From the NCBI GenBank assembly GCA_951406725.2, contig OX597820.1, positions 73,718,001 through 73,782,000 on the forward strand: 64,000 bases of DNA, written 5' to 3'. The notes under the pieces are model-generated. The model did no database searches. It saw only the letters and a program-made list of their open reading frames with translations, and was not told the origin of the DNA. Shown piece after piece: positions 25,479-38,062 of this stretch (position 1 is the first letter of the stretch; each line of letters opens with the position of its first letter). A program made the translations under genes and the position numbers. The stretch comes from Octopus vulgaris. Lineage: Eukaryota.

Positions 25479-26399
25479 TATATATTACACTTTATTTATC
25501 AACTCCTTCGATGATATTATCATTAAGCAAAGTAAATGTTTGGCCTTTAATTTTCACTGTTTCCATTATTGCAAATAAATTGCTGTTCAAAATGATGAAG
25601 ATATTAAATATCTAATAATTGAAATTGTTAATTTCTAAATTTACTTTAGTATTCATACCAAATAAATGTTGTTTTCATAATCATCATTTTAATGTCCTCT
25701 TCTTCATGCTTGCTTGGGTCAGACGGAATTTGTTGTAGCAGATTCTCTATGGCCAGATGCCTATCCGTTCTCCTACTCTCACTTCTTCCCAGCAAGGTAA
25801 TATTTCCCCATAGAATACAGGAAATGAACAACCCTGCTTGTATGAAGGTGATGCTCACTTACAATCATCATGTGATTATCGAGACAAGGGTGTGCACAAA
25901 CACATATACATATATAACAGGCTTTTTTCAGCTTCCATCTACCAAATCCACTAACAGGGATTTGGTCAGCCCATGGCTATAGTAAGAGTCACTTGCCTAG
26001 ATGCTGTGCAATAGGATTAAACCCAAGACCCCATGGTTGGGAAGCAAGCTTCTTAACCACTGAGCCATACCTGGTAGTAAATTATTGTAACTGTGTTTAT
26101 ATTTTCCCTAGCAAATTATGGTGGTTACTTATTTGTGTTAATGGCCACAAACAGTGGATTCCACAGTATGTGTATACATATGTTAATCTTACCATAATAG
26201 AACAGTACACTATGTATTTCTAAATTTGTAAACAAACCCGATGACTGTTTATTATAGAGAAGTGCGACACACATAAGTCCTTTTTAACCTTTTTAATAAC
26301 TGTTATTATATATTATTTATAAAATTTAGAGCTACTAAGCATAAGCAATTGACCGAAAAAGGATGGGCCAAACCACTGGGAACTGAACACAATGTCATT

Positions 26400-26600
26400 G
26401 TGCACCTGTACCAGCAGATCTAGCTCCCTTCTAAGGCGGGAGATAAGTGGCCAGTATTTCCTCTCCTTTTCACGGGTTGCATCATGTAGCACCTTGCCCT
26501 GCTTGTACTGGATAGTAACGTCAATGATAACTACTTCTTCGGAACTGTGCATGACCAGCTTAGGGATGAGCTTGGTCCCAGAAACCTGATAGGCTGGCTC
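26400..26600 (-). pseudogene. Restriction-like endonuclease fragment of an R2/NeSL-type non-LTR retrotransposon
   Basis: KLIPKLVMHSSEEVVIIDVTIQYKQGKVLHDATREKERKYWPL fits the PD...IIDV...EKxxKY pattern, with the PD aspartate lost. Confidence 0.6.
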
Positions 26601-28599
26601 CTAGCTGACCACCAATCTGGTTTGTTTACAGATCTATAAAAATATATATATACTAGACTAAAATTATCTATACATTAAATTTGGCTGAATTGGGTGTGTA
26701 CAGAGCAGTGTAAGCATTGATGTCATGTTCAATTTCGAGTGGTTCAGTTGTTTGGCCCATCTTTTTTCAGTCAATTATTTAGGTTTAGTCACTTTAAATG
26801 GAGCATATGTTATATAATTACAGTTATTATATATCATCATCATCATCATCATCACCACCGTTTAACATCTACTTTCCATGCTGGCATGGGTTGGACGGTT
26901 TGACTGAGGACTGGTGAGTCAGAAGGCTGCACTAGGCTCCAATCTGATCTGATAAAGTTTCTACAGCTGGATGCCCTTCCTAACGCAAACCACTCTGAGA
27001 GTGTAGTGGGTGCTTTACATGTGCCACTGGTCCAAACTGATGTCTTTTCTTTTTATTTTGTGTTCCTTTATGTTCCGTAACTTAGTGGCCCAACAATTAG
27101 CGATTGATAAAGTAGGTCCCAGACTAAAACAAGTACTGGAGTTGATATATCTGAGTAAACTTTTGGAAGCAGTGCCCCAGAATGGCCACAGTCCAATGAC
27201 TAAAACCACTGTAAGAATTAAATATATAGCAACAAGATCAAAAGACCTCTTTACATTATCTTCTGATGCGAATGAACAATAGGTGAAAGAAAGGAAAAAA
27301 TGTATTTCTCTGTTTCTGATAAGCTGTCAGGCATTTTGCCAAGATAGGAATCAGACTGTCCATAATTACCAGAAATGTTTCAATTTAAAAATTTTAAGAA
27401 GATGCTTGAATTTCAACAAAAGATCAATAATACCAAATCATCAATCTAGATGAATCATCACTCGTTCAATTTTACTTGTATTGTCTTTACGTTTTCTTGC
27501 TGATAACAAGTTAACAACATCTTTTGGTTTCCTTCTCTATCTCCAAGACAGGAGATAATATCATAAGAAAATAATTGAGCACAAATTCAGAGAGTAAGCT
27601 AGTTGTTTAAATTCTGGCCTGCAGATTCCCAGATAAAATTGGTCATTTTGTTAATAATGTTGTTTAACTCCAGCCCAGCCTTGATCGAACAGAGCTATGA
27701 TCATAAACAGCCCAACCATGGCACTCCCATCTGTTCTTTTCTTCTGCTGGCTAAATATATCTGGAAGTACATTATCCAATGTATTACCCCTCTACCTTTT
27801 TTTTCTCTTCTGGACAGTAAATGTAACTTGAGATCTCGCTGCCATTTCTAGATGGTTGCGAAGTAAATTAAGCAAGATAGGCTCTCCTAATTGTAAGGTT
27901 GATATTGATATCTAGCTTTAATTTTTGAAATCATAATCATCATCATCACCACCATCATCATCATCATTTTAATGTCCACTTTTCCATGCTTGCCTGTTTT
28001 GGAATTGGAATCAAGCACGTACACACATGCACACGCAGAAATATACACGTACAGATTGAAAGAGAGGAAGACATTACAATTCATTAATTGATCACGATTG
28101 AAATAAACACTTCCCCTCTTCTCATACACAGAAAGAAAAATATGCTCACACACGTAAACAGAGAGAGAGAAAGAGAATTTATCAACTAAATATGATTGGC
28201 ATAAGTACTTCCCTTCTCCTTTTACAAATCAAGTGAAATGTGCTGACAAACACAAACAGAGATGGATGGAGGGAGAGAACAAGAGGAACATTGTTTGATG
28301 TGAAATAAGTTAGCATCAAACCAGCGACACCAGATAGGTATGGCACAGCCATTGTTGTATAAAAATGTCTCCTACCCTAGAAAAGCATCTGCTCCCCTGA
28401 ACAAGACAGTTGCATGATACCTCCTCTAACCAGGACCATGTGGCACATTCATTTCTCCAACTGTGTCTCACCCAACAAATCCTGTGCTAACCAATTCATC
28501 TGGTCCTTCCTTTGCAGAATGTCAATTCCCTGAAATTCTCTCTCCATCTACATTTTCCCAGTGAATGTCAAATTAGAGATGTTAAAGCTGAACTGTACT

Positions 28600-29010
28600 G
28601 ATCTCTTTGTATAGTCTTGGAGGTGCTGAAATGGCTGTGCCAGAACGCCTTGTATCCTACACTCATGGCCTTTGCAGGTCTTCTGAGATCAGTTAAATCG
28701 ATGTGGTTCATGTCCTTCTTGAACAGCTGCAAATTGATGGCTGCCAGAAAAATACTTGGAGAGAGAAGAAATTCCAGAAGGCTAACCTCCTGTGGAAGAA
28801 GGACTGGATTAAATGGTTAATGGGATTGTTGGTAAACATGGTGAACTTTATTGGGTGACACAGGGTATAGATGAGCTAAGTGGGCCACAGTAGAGATGTC
28901 ATGAGTTCCAAGGGCATGTGGGTCTTTTCGCTGTGGTAGAAAAGCTAGTGAAGAGACAGCATGCATACAGGCCAGAAGTTGGATTGTTGTTATCATCAAC
29001 CCCTGGGAAT
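28600..29010 (-). mobile_element. Decayed CR1/Jockey-like LINE 3' end
   Basis: SPSIFLAAINLQLFKKDMNHIDL resembles the LPxxVFPxxxNLxxFKxxIN ORF2 terminus; frameshifted. Confidence 0.4.
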
Positions 29011-29594
29011 TATTACCTCAATCCTAGGACCTGTAGGGTCAGTTACCTAGTTTCCATGGTGTACAAATGACTAGGATCACAATGTGACCCTGAACAGGAC
29101 ACTGGTCTATCACAGGGTTATTCTTTTACAGTTGAGTAATGGGAAATATAGTAGAAGTTAAAGTTGCCTCCTCGAGTTGTACCAACTTGTAAGGGCCAAT
29201 TTCACGGCATGTAAAAAGCACTATCCGAACATGATCGATGCCAGGACTGCATGACTGGCTCTTATGCTGGTGGTATGTAAAAAGCACCCACTACACTCTC
29301 GGAGTGGTTGGCACTCGGAAGGGCATCCAGCTGTAGAAACATTGCCAGATCAGATTGGAGCCTGGTGCAGCCTACTGACTCTCCAGATTTTGGTCAAACC
29401 ATCCAACCCATGCCAACATGGAAAATGGACTTTAAATGATGATGATGATGATGTCTATTCTCTACCTGGACGGGATACCAGTCCGTCACCAGATTACTCA
29501 TTTTTGCCAGGAGAGTGGACTAGAGCAAAGTGAAATGAAGTGTCTTGCTCAAGAACATAATACATCGTCTGATCCAGGAACTGAAACCACAATG

Positions 29595-29901
29595 CTGGTG
29601 TTGGAGGAATCAGTGGAATGGCTGGCAAGGGCAAATGGAGGGCAGTGGTATGGTCATATGTTGAGGAGGGACGAGGAGCATGTTCTGAAGAGGGTGCTAA
29701 AGTCTGAAGTAAATGGACAGCAGAAGCAAGGTAGACCGAGGAAAATGTGGAGAGGACAGGTGGAGGAGGAGAGTGGTAGAGCTGGCTTGAGGAGGGAGGA
29801 CATCCAAAACCAGGCGAGATGGTTGCTATGGCATTGAAGTAGATCTGCCCACCCCTGTTAACAGGGACAAAACCTGGATTTTAAATAATGGATGATGATG
29901 A
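29595..29901 (+). mobile_element. 3' end of a second RTE family, inserted in a SINE
   Basis: WYGHMLRRDEEHVLKRVLKSEVNGQQKQGRPRKMW; tail GCATTGAAGTAGATC..GGGACAAAACC..(GAT)n. Host SINE resumes at ~29902. Confidence 0.75.
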
Positions 29902-30424
29902 ATCTTACAATCATGGGTTCAACAGCCTAACCACTGAACCACGCACCTCCACTGTAAAATGAAGTCCTTTTTTCTAAAGAACACAATGCACCACTCGGCC
30001 CAGAAATTGAAACTGCATTCTTGCAATCATGAATGCAACACCTGAATCACTAGGCCATGCACCTTCACCGTTGTTGTGTCAGTTTTCTTTTCTTTTTTGA
30101 CATACAGTATGTGTGTAGTAGCAGTAATATTTTATATGTTAGAGTAGTATTGTATTGTAACATTCCATATCAACATGTTTCCACATCTCAAAAGCCCTAA
30201 ATTGTCAAATAATTTTTTCCCCACTTTTTTTTTCTTTCTGACATGCCACATATTTACAGTATAAAGTTGATGTAAGTTAAATGCATAAAAATATTAAATA
30301 TATATTCAAAAATATATATTTTGTTTTGATAAGTGTTTACAGGATGAAACCTTTATTTAAGATATGTATAAAATGGATTTTTTATCTTCGAAAAAGAATA
30401 TTTGTTTCTTTTGTACCATTCTAG

Positions 30425-30485
30425 GTTATGGTCAGATGATTTGCAGAAAATCCACTTGCTTGAAAAATCTTCTTGCCTTATTCAG
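30425..30485 (+). CDS. TERB1: TERB1-like exon D (phase 1-2): SYGQMICRKSTCLKNLLALFR
   Basis: ttctag acceptor, ag|gtatgt donor, 61 nt. Matches TGQTLVRETGCITVLSRLFR; phase fits exons C and E. Confidence 0.85.
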
Positions 30486-33400
30486 GTATGTTTTGATCAT
30501 TTCGCATTTTTTTATGGAGACTTGGAAAATAAACTTTGTACAAGGAATGTACAAAATATTTCTGCTAAAAATGTGTTCCAGTTAAAGAATTGGTTCCATT
30601 ACTAGTTTAATCAGTCATCATCATCATTATCCTCATCATTTTAATGTCCACTTTTCCATGCTTGCATGGGTTGGACAGAATTTATTGAGGCAGATCATCT
30701 ACAGCTGGATGCTCTTTCTGTTGCCAATGCTCACCTGTTTCTAAGCAAGGTAATATTTTCCCTTGCAGAATATTGGTAATATTTCCCTTGGCCACACGTT
30801 TTCACAGAGTTTTGGAAATGGATGCCACAACATGTATGACTGTGACAATCATTTCACAACTATCTTTACATTCTGAGTTTAAATTCTGCCGAGGTTGACT
30901 TTGACTTTCATCCTTTTGGAGTCAATAAATTAAGTACCAGTTGCATACTAGGGTCAATTTAATCAACTGGCTCCCTCCCCTAAAATTTTGGACCCTGTGC
31001 CTAGATTAGAAATGATTCATTTAACAACTATCACACTATGTAAAGACAAAGAGACACAAACATACAAACACTGATTCACACACACAATGAACTTTGTTTC
31101 AGTTTCTGTCTACCAAATCCATTCACAAGTCTTTGGTCTGTCCGGGGTTATTGTAGCAGATGCTTTGATTTATTGTTTTGGAGATCTGCCATTATTGTCT
31201 GGGCCATCTTGGCAGTTGCTTAATCTGAGGTTTTCACTTTTGCTCCTTCTAAAATGACTGAATGCTTGTGCTTAAGCAAACAGAATTATATTAAAATATT
31301 GATTGAGAGGAAAATTACCAGGGATGCCTCTACGTGAAAAACATATTGTTACACATTTAACATAATGAGCCCAAACAGTTTAATTTAAAATGGCATTTGT
31401 AGTGAGGAGAGAAATCTTTAACTTTAATGATTAATTCTGGTCATAAAAGACAAGGGAGACAATTCTGAAATCTGAATTAAAAATTGAATGGAGTGAATCT
31501 GATCTTGACAAAATAAGCATGTTATCATCTCTCTTTAACTTCAAATTTGGTATACTGTCCTCTTCTAATCCAGTTGATGCCACCTACTATTTATTTTTCA
31601 TCTAGTAATCAGTTACGTCCAATCAAGGCTGAACATACAGCTACATTTATGCGAGAGTGTTTGTGTTTCCTTGTCTTGACATTGCATGGTTCTTGTAGAT
31701 GAATGTCATCCACATGTGATACTCTGCTGGAACACGTCTACCCATGGGGAGATATATTTCCTTGCTTGAAAGCTAGTAAGTGTTGGCAACAGCAATGACA
31801 TCCAGCCATAGAAAATCTGCTTCAATAAACTCGGTCTGGCCTATTCATCATTGTTTAATGTCCATTTTCCATGCATGCATGGGTAGAACGGTTGACAGGT
31901 GCCAGCCAGGTAGAAAAACTACCCTGGGCTAGTGTGTCTGTTTTGGCAGGGATTTTATGGCTGGATGCCCTTCCTAACACCAACCACTCTGCAGAGTGGA
32001 CTCGGTGCTTTTACGTGGCACTAGCACAGGCGAGGTTAGTTTTGGCTGGATGCCCTTCCAAATGCCAACCATGATGTATGTACGTTGAAGCATGGGAAAG
32101 TGGACATTGAAACAGTGATAAAGCACAATTTATTTTAAAAGAAATATAGTAAGAAAAGGTCTAAAGGATCCTGCTTTCCACAGATTTTTACCTGTGCCTA
32201 TCCTCTACTTAAAATTAGAAACCCTTTGTAGATGCTCTCCTTGTCATAAATCAACCTCATGAACCCAAGATTATTCCATGTCAATTATGAATGTCTTTCA
32301 TCTTATCCACCTCCTGTTTTATTTCATAATCACATTTATTTGTTCAAAAGACTTTTTTATGTTTTGGTGATATAAATTTCTGTTTAAGGAGTTTTAACTT
32401 GCAAAGATTCTTTTTCAAACGGTTTTAGAGTGTGTAGCATAAAATGTTAATATATACAACTCAGCTGCACAAACATAAAATGAAATTAATGTTGAACTTA
32501 GTTCTTTAAAATATCCAAACTTGGTTGACATTCTCTTAAAGGGATTAATTCTGGATTTGCCTTTAAACGTGCATGAATAAATAAAATTCGTTTTAGTATA
32601 ATCTTTATCCTCATTAAAATTTCAATGTCGGAATGACAATTCATGCTTGAAGATATGACTTTGTATTCTTATATTTCTTATTTAAATTTCCTGTTTGCTA
32701 AATGAAATCCATACAAAAGATGTGTTTGTGATAGGTGATTCATAATAGATATTAGAGACATGCAGAATTAATTAGAATTATATTATCTATAAAATTAGGC
32801 TAATTTTTTTTTTTTTATTACTATTTTAAAAATTTAAACTATGAATATTCATTATTTGAATCTTCTTGGAGAAAATAGTTTCAGCAACTTATATGCAGGT
32901 TTTGGAATTGGAATTGCATGGCTGCTTGGAGAAGCATCGTATACTAAAGCCCTTAGCCGACCAACGTTTTGTCAGTGGATTTGATGGGTGGAAACTGTGT
33001 AGAGCTCATTGTGTGTGTATGTATATGTATTCGTTTCAGCCATGTGGGAGCACCACCAGGAGATATGTGTGCATGTTTTTGTGTGTTTTTCCCTACTATC
33101 ACTTGACAACCAGTGTTGGGTTGTTTACATCCCTGTAAATTAACAGTTTAGCAAAAAAGACTGAGAGAATAAGAACCAGGCTTAAAAAATAAGTCCTGGG
33201 GTTGATTTATTTGACTAAACCCTTCAGGGCAGTGCCACAGCATGGTCACAGTTCAATGACTAAAACAAGTAATAAAAATGCTATGCCCAGAAATTATATT
33301 TGGGGAATCACTGACAGTTCTATAAGAGACAAGGAAAGTAACTTTTTGACAACCTTTTTATTTTGTAATTTAGTCTTAAATATGCACATTTATACCTGAG

Positions 33401-34963
33401 AATATATTTCAAATCCCAGACCTTAAAAAATGTTCATGGCTGTCATGTCAGTATATGAATTTAATATTCATAACAGCTCTTGCTTTTGTTGAAGATTCAA
33501 GCTTAAAGGAACTCCCCACTACACATGATCTCTGTGCAATCCTATGCACATGGTTACAACTTCACAATATTTAATCACAAGGACCTTAACAGTGACCTAC
33601 AATTTTAACACCTGAACTGCAAATATTGTGACTACTTGTGTGTAAATAATTCAAAATTCTGCCAACCCCTTCAAGAATGTTGTAAATATTGGATATTAAT
33701 ATCATCATCATCATTGTTTAACATCTACTTTCCATACTGGCATGGGTTGAATGCTTTGACTGAGGACTAGCAAGCCTCTTAAGGAAAAGAATAGACTTGA
33801 AATTAAATTTTTAAACAATTTAGGCAGAGAAGTGCTTCATCATCATCATCATCTGTCCACTTTTTCCTTGCTTCCATGGGTCAAACCAAATTTGTTCAGG
33901 TAGATTTTCTTCATCCAGATACCTTCCTTGTTGTCAACTCTCACCTGTTTCCGACCAAGGTGATATTTTCCCACAGCAAGGCACATTTTGTCATGAAAAT
34001 GAACAACCTCCCTTATATGATGATAATCCTTATTAACAACCGTCACATGGTGTCTAGACAAGGGTACATGCACATACATTTTAGCACACACACACGATAG
34101 GCTTCTTTCATTCTCCATCTTTTTATGTGGCACCAGCACAGGTATAGAATGGAATTTGAGGGACTATGCATAGGCTTAACTGTTGGTTTGAGCTTGTGAT
34201 CAATAATTCCTATAGATAGGCGCAGGAGTGGGTGTGTGGTAAGTAGCTTGCTAACCAACCACATGGTTCCAGGTTCAGTCTTACTGCATGGCACCTTGGG
34301 CAAGTGTTTTCTACTATAGCCTCAGGCCGACCATGAGTGGATTTCGTAGATGGAAACTGAAAGAAGCCCATCGTGTATGTATATATATATTTATCATCAT
34401 CGTTTAACGTCCGTTCTCCATGCTAGCATGGGTTGGATGGTTCGACCGTGGATCTGGGAAGTCAGAAGGCTGCACCAGGCTCCGGTCTTATCTGGCAATG
34501 TTTCTACAGCTGGATGCCCTTCCTAACGCCAACCACTCCGTGAGTCTAGTGGGTGCTTTTTACGTGCCACCTGCACTGGTGCCAGGCGAGGCTGGCATCG
34601 GCCACGGTCGGATTGGTGCATTTTACGTGCCACCTGCACAGAAGCCAGTCGAGGCGGCACTGGCTTCGGCCACGATTCGGATGGTGCTTTTTACGTGCCA
34701 CCGACACGGAAGCCAGTCGAGGCGGCGCTGGCATCAGCCACGATTTGGATAGTGCTTTTTACGTATCTCCAGTCCAGGGGTCCTGGCATCTGCCGGGTGC
34801 CAGTCATAGGATTGGTTCAATTTCGATTCCGATTTCACTTGCCCCAACAGGTCTTTGCAAGCAAAGGGGGGTTGGCATAGGTGCCTGTCGTCGGATGAGG
34901 TTCGATATCGACTTCGCTTGCCTCAACAGGTCTTTGTGTGTCCAAGGGAGGAAAGGCATGCAT

Positions 34964-34997
<34 letters not shown>

Positions 34998-35849
34998 GTG
35001 TGTCCGTGTTCGTCCCCCACCATCGCTTGACAACCGATGCTGGTGTGTTTATGTCCCTGTAACTTAGTGGTTTGGCAAAAGATATCAATAAAATAAGTAC
35101 TAGGCTTACAAAGAATAAGTCCTGGGATCGATTTGTTCTACTAAAGGCTGTACTCCAGCATGGCCACATTCGAATGACTGAAACAAGTAAAGCTGAAAAG
35201 AAAAAGAAAAGTACCTTAATGTTTGAGAAGAGACTGAGGTTGGTGGTAAAGAAAAGATTTAAAGTGTTGAAGGATACAATAAATTGCTTGTGTATAAGAT
35301 TTAGTTGTTAACAGCCCTCTGTATTTTATGTAAAATATTGCTAGGATGTTGAAAGAAAATTATTGATTGGAAAGAACTTCCGTCTGTTTTATATATATGT
35401 GTGTGATTTTTAATGAAGCCAAAAAATATATAATTTGTGTTAATTACTTGGCTATAATATATTAAGATAATAAAGCAGCTTTTAAATGATTTATGCTCTT
35501 CATTAGCACTTACTCTTCTAAATAAATTTTGTAATTGGAGATCAATCAGATCAGTGCTTTTTTTTTTTTTTTTTCAGATTACATTATTGATCTATAATTC
35601 TGTTAGCACCATTCTCTTTAATTCAGATTTCATTTGATGAGAAATTAATTGCTACTGCCAAAAATATGCAGCTCAATTCAATACAGTTGTCATCATATAC
35701 AAATGCAATAAAATATAGATTACCAAAACTGTTACATTTCAAAATACAATTACAGCAGAAATACACACAATAAATAGATTAATGTTGTCTGTTGTAGGCA
35801 CAAGACCAGAAATTTGGTAGGCGGATACTGTTGACTGTATCAACACCAA

Positions 35850-36300
35850 TCTCTTCTCTTTATTCTTTCTCTTCAGATGGAGTGTAAATCATTGATGAGT
35901 TTTCTCCACTATTATCCACTCTGGATCCTTTCTGCTTTTTCAGCTCTGCCTCAGTATTTCACCTTCATCTATTTTTTATTGTGTCCTCTTCTGCTTCCCT
36001 TGAGGATTCCAGGTTAGGGCTTATGTTTCTCTGAGAAAAGGCCCTTTTTTGCTCAGGTTTTCTTGGTTTTGAATTGTTATCTCTGCTTCTATGTATTTGG
36101 ATTATATTTTCTAGGTAGAGTTGTTGGCCCTATACAAACCCATTTTTACCTCAAGGAAGACATGGTCCATATTAATTTGGCCTCTGTTCTTCGACCTGTT
36201 CTGCTTGAGAGCCCCTATGAGGAGCCTGCATTCTGCTGACTTGGTCCTCTGGGTCATTGAGGTGCACAAGCCACCACACCACAGCAAAGACTAAACCTTG
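35850..36300 (-). mobile_element. Bipartite RTE derivative (5' UTR fused to ORF2 3' end)
   Basis: Minus begins CTTTGCTGTGGTGTGGTGGCTTGTGCACCTCAATGACCC (RTE 5'-end-like) and ends with WNPQGKQKR..WRKLINDL-like sequence. Confidence 0.45.
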
Positions 36301-36544
36301 TGGTCGATCAACAGCAATATTTGACTGATACTTCCTTTTATCAACCCTTGGAAAAAGGAAAGACAAAGTCAACATCTGCAGGATTCAGGTTCAAATTGTA
36401 TAAAGATTTAACTAACGACCCAGTTTGTCTGAAGCTTTACCAATTCTATCAGTGTATGTTACAACGATATTAATAACATGGCTAGATAGACAACTTGGTG
36501 GTGGTGCTAGTGCTGGCGGTAAACTTCATACTTCCAGGCCAGAC

Positions 36545-36815
36545 TGATTCTTCAAATACAAGAAAGAAGAATGCCTACCACAGAAATCTAGTTGCATAGA
36601 GGAACTCATTGCGTTTCAGATTATGGTCCACACTAAATGACTACCATGGTGACCTACATTCAGAAACTGCCAATATATGTTCAAGTTGCAATGAAAGTTC
36701 ACATGAGGTCTTTCACTGCATGACTGATTCTACTAATCTAAATAGAACAGACCTATGGAACAATTCTAGGAAAGTATCTATATATTTGGATAATCCCATG
36801 AATGGTAGAAAGTAG
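36545..36815 (+). mobile_element. I-group (Ingi/Nimb-like) LINE C-terminal zinc-knuckle remnant
   Basis: LNDY..ICSSCNESSHEVFHC..TNLNRTDLWNN fits the CxxC..H..C plus LW terminus. Confidence 0.5.
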
Positions 36816-37138
36816 TATCTGGCCTGACATGTTTGCAAAAGAAATCACTCATGTGTTTGGCTTTGTAAAATCTAAATGTGCCTGCAGTATATGGCAAACC
36901 ATAAACAGATTGAAGAATCTATTGGTGTGAGTATTTGCTGTCTGAGATAATGTGGAATGTTCTCTGCAGACAATGGTCTTGGTAAATCTCTTCCATAAAA
37001 TAATATCAATGAGTTTTTTTATTACTAATTTCTCAGTCACACACTTTTACTTCAGATTCTAAACTTCAAGAAAACCTAAAAGAAGAATTAAATTAAATAA
37101 CTGATTTTGCAAATTTCTTTGTTACTTTCTTTCTACAG

Positions 37139-37260
37139 ATCAATAACAGACAAGAAGACAAAGGAAAGAGACATTTTGGAAAATGCCATTGTACAGAATG
37201 TTGAGCTTCTTGTTATTGTCTGCAATGCAATATGTACTTGTGTAAACAATCCAAGAAACA
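37139..37260 (+). CDS. TERB1: TERB1-like exon E (phase 2-1): SITDKKTKERDILENAIVQNVELLVIVCNAICTCVNNPRN
   Basis: tttctttctacag acceptor, gtgagt donor, 122 nt. CNAICTCVNNPRN corresponds to the TERB1 motif CSTLCVCVNNPQN. Confidence 0.92.
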
Positions 37261-38025
37261 GTGAGTTATGCATTTATAAACAGTTTATGTATAGGTGCAG
37301 GTATGGCGGTGTGGTAAACAGTTTGCTTCTCAACCATATAGTTCTAAGTTCAATCCTACTGCTAGGCATCTTGGGCAAGTGTCTTCCACTTCAGTCTTGG
37401 GCTGACCAAAGCCTTGTGATTGGATTTTGTAGATGGAAACTAAAAGAAGCCTGTTGTATATGTATATAAGAATTTATGGTCGAATGAAATGACCTTGGTA
37501 CATTTTTCTTTTTAAACATGGTCCTTATTCTATTGATCGCTCTTATTGAACCACTAAGTCACAAGGATAAACATGGGCACAAAGACACACACACACGCAC
37601 ACTCATATATATATATATATATATATTCTTTTATTCTTTATTCTTTTATTTGTTTCAATCATTTGACTGCGGCCATGCTGGAGCACTGCCTTTAGTTGAG
37701 CAAATCGACCCCAGGACTTATTCTTTGTAAGCCTAGTACTTATTCTCTCAGTCTCTTTTGCTGAACCGCTAGGTTATGGGAACGTAAACACCCCAGCATC
37801 AGTTGTCAAGCAAAGTTGGGGGGGACAAACACAGACACACAAAAACACACTCGCACACATGTATATGATGGGCTTCTTTCAGTTTCCATCTACCAAATCC
37901 ATTCACAAGGCATTGGTTGGCTCAAAGCTATATTAAAGATACGTCCCCAAGGTACCACACTGTGAGACTGAACCCAGAACTATGTGGTTATTAAACAAGC
38001 TACTTTCCACACAGCCATTTCTGCG

Positions 38026-38062
<37 letters not shown>

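Noticed and set aside
34420-35169. Cluster of long overlapping ORFs
   Set aside because: GC-rich repeat array within a LINE UTR/SINE composite; no coding signal.
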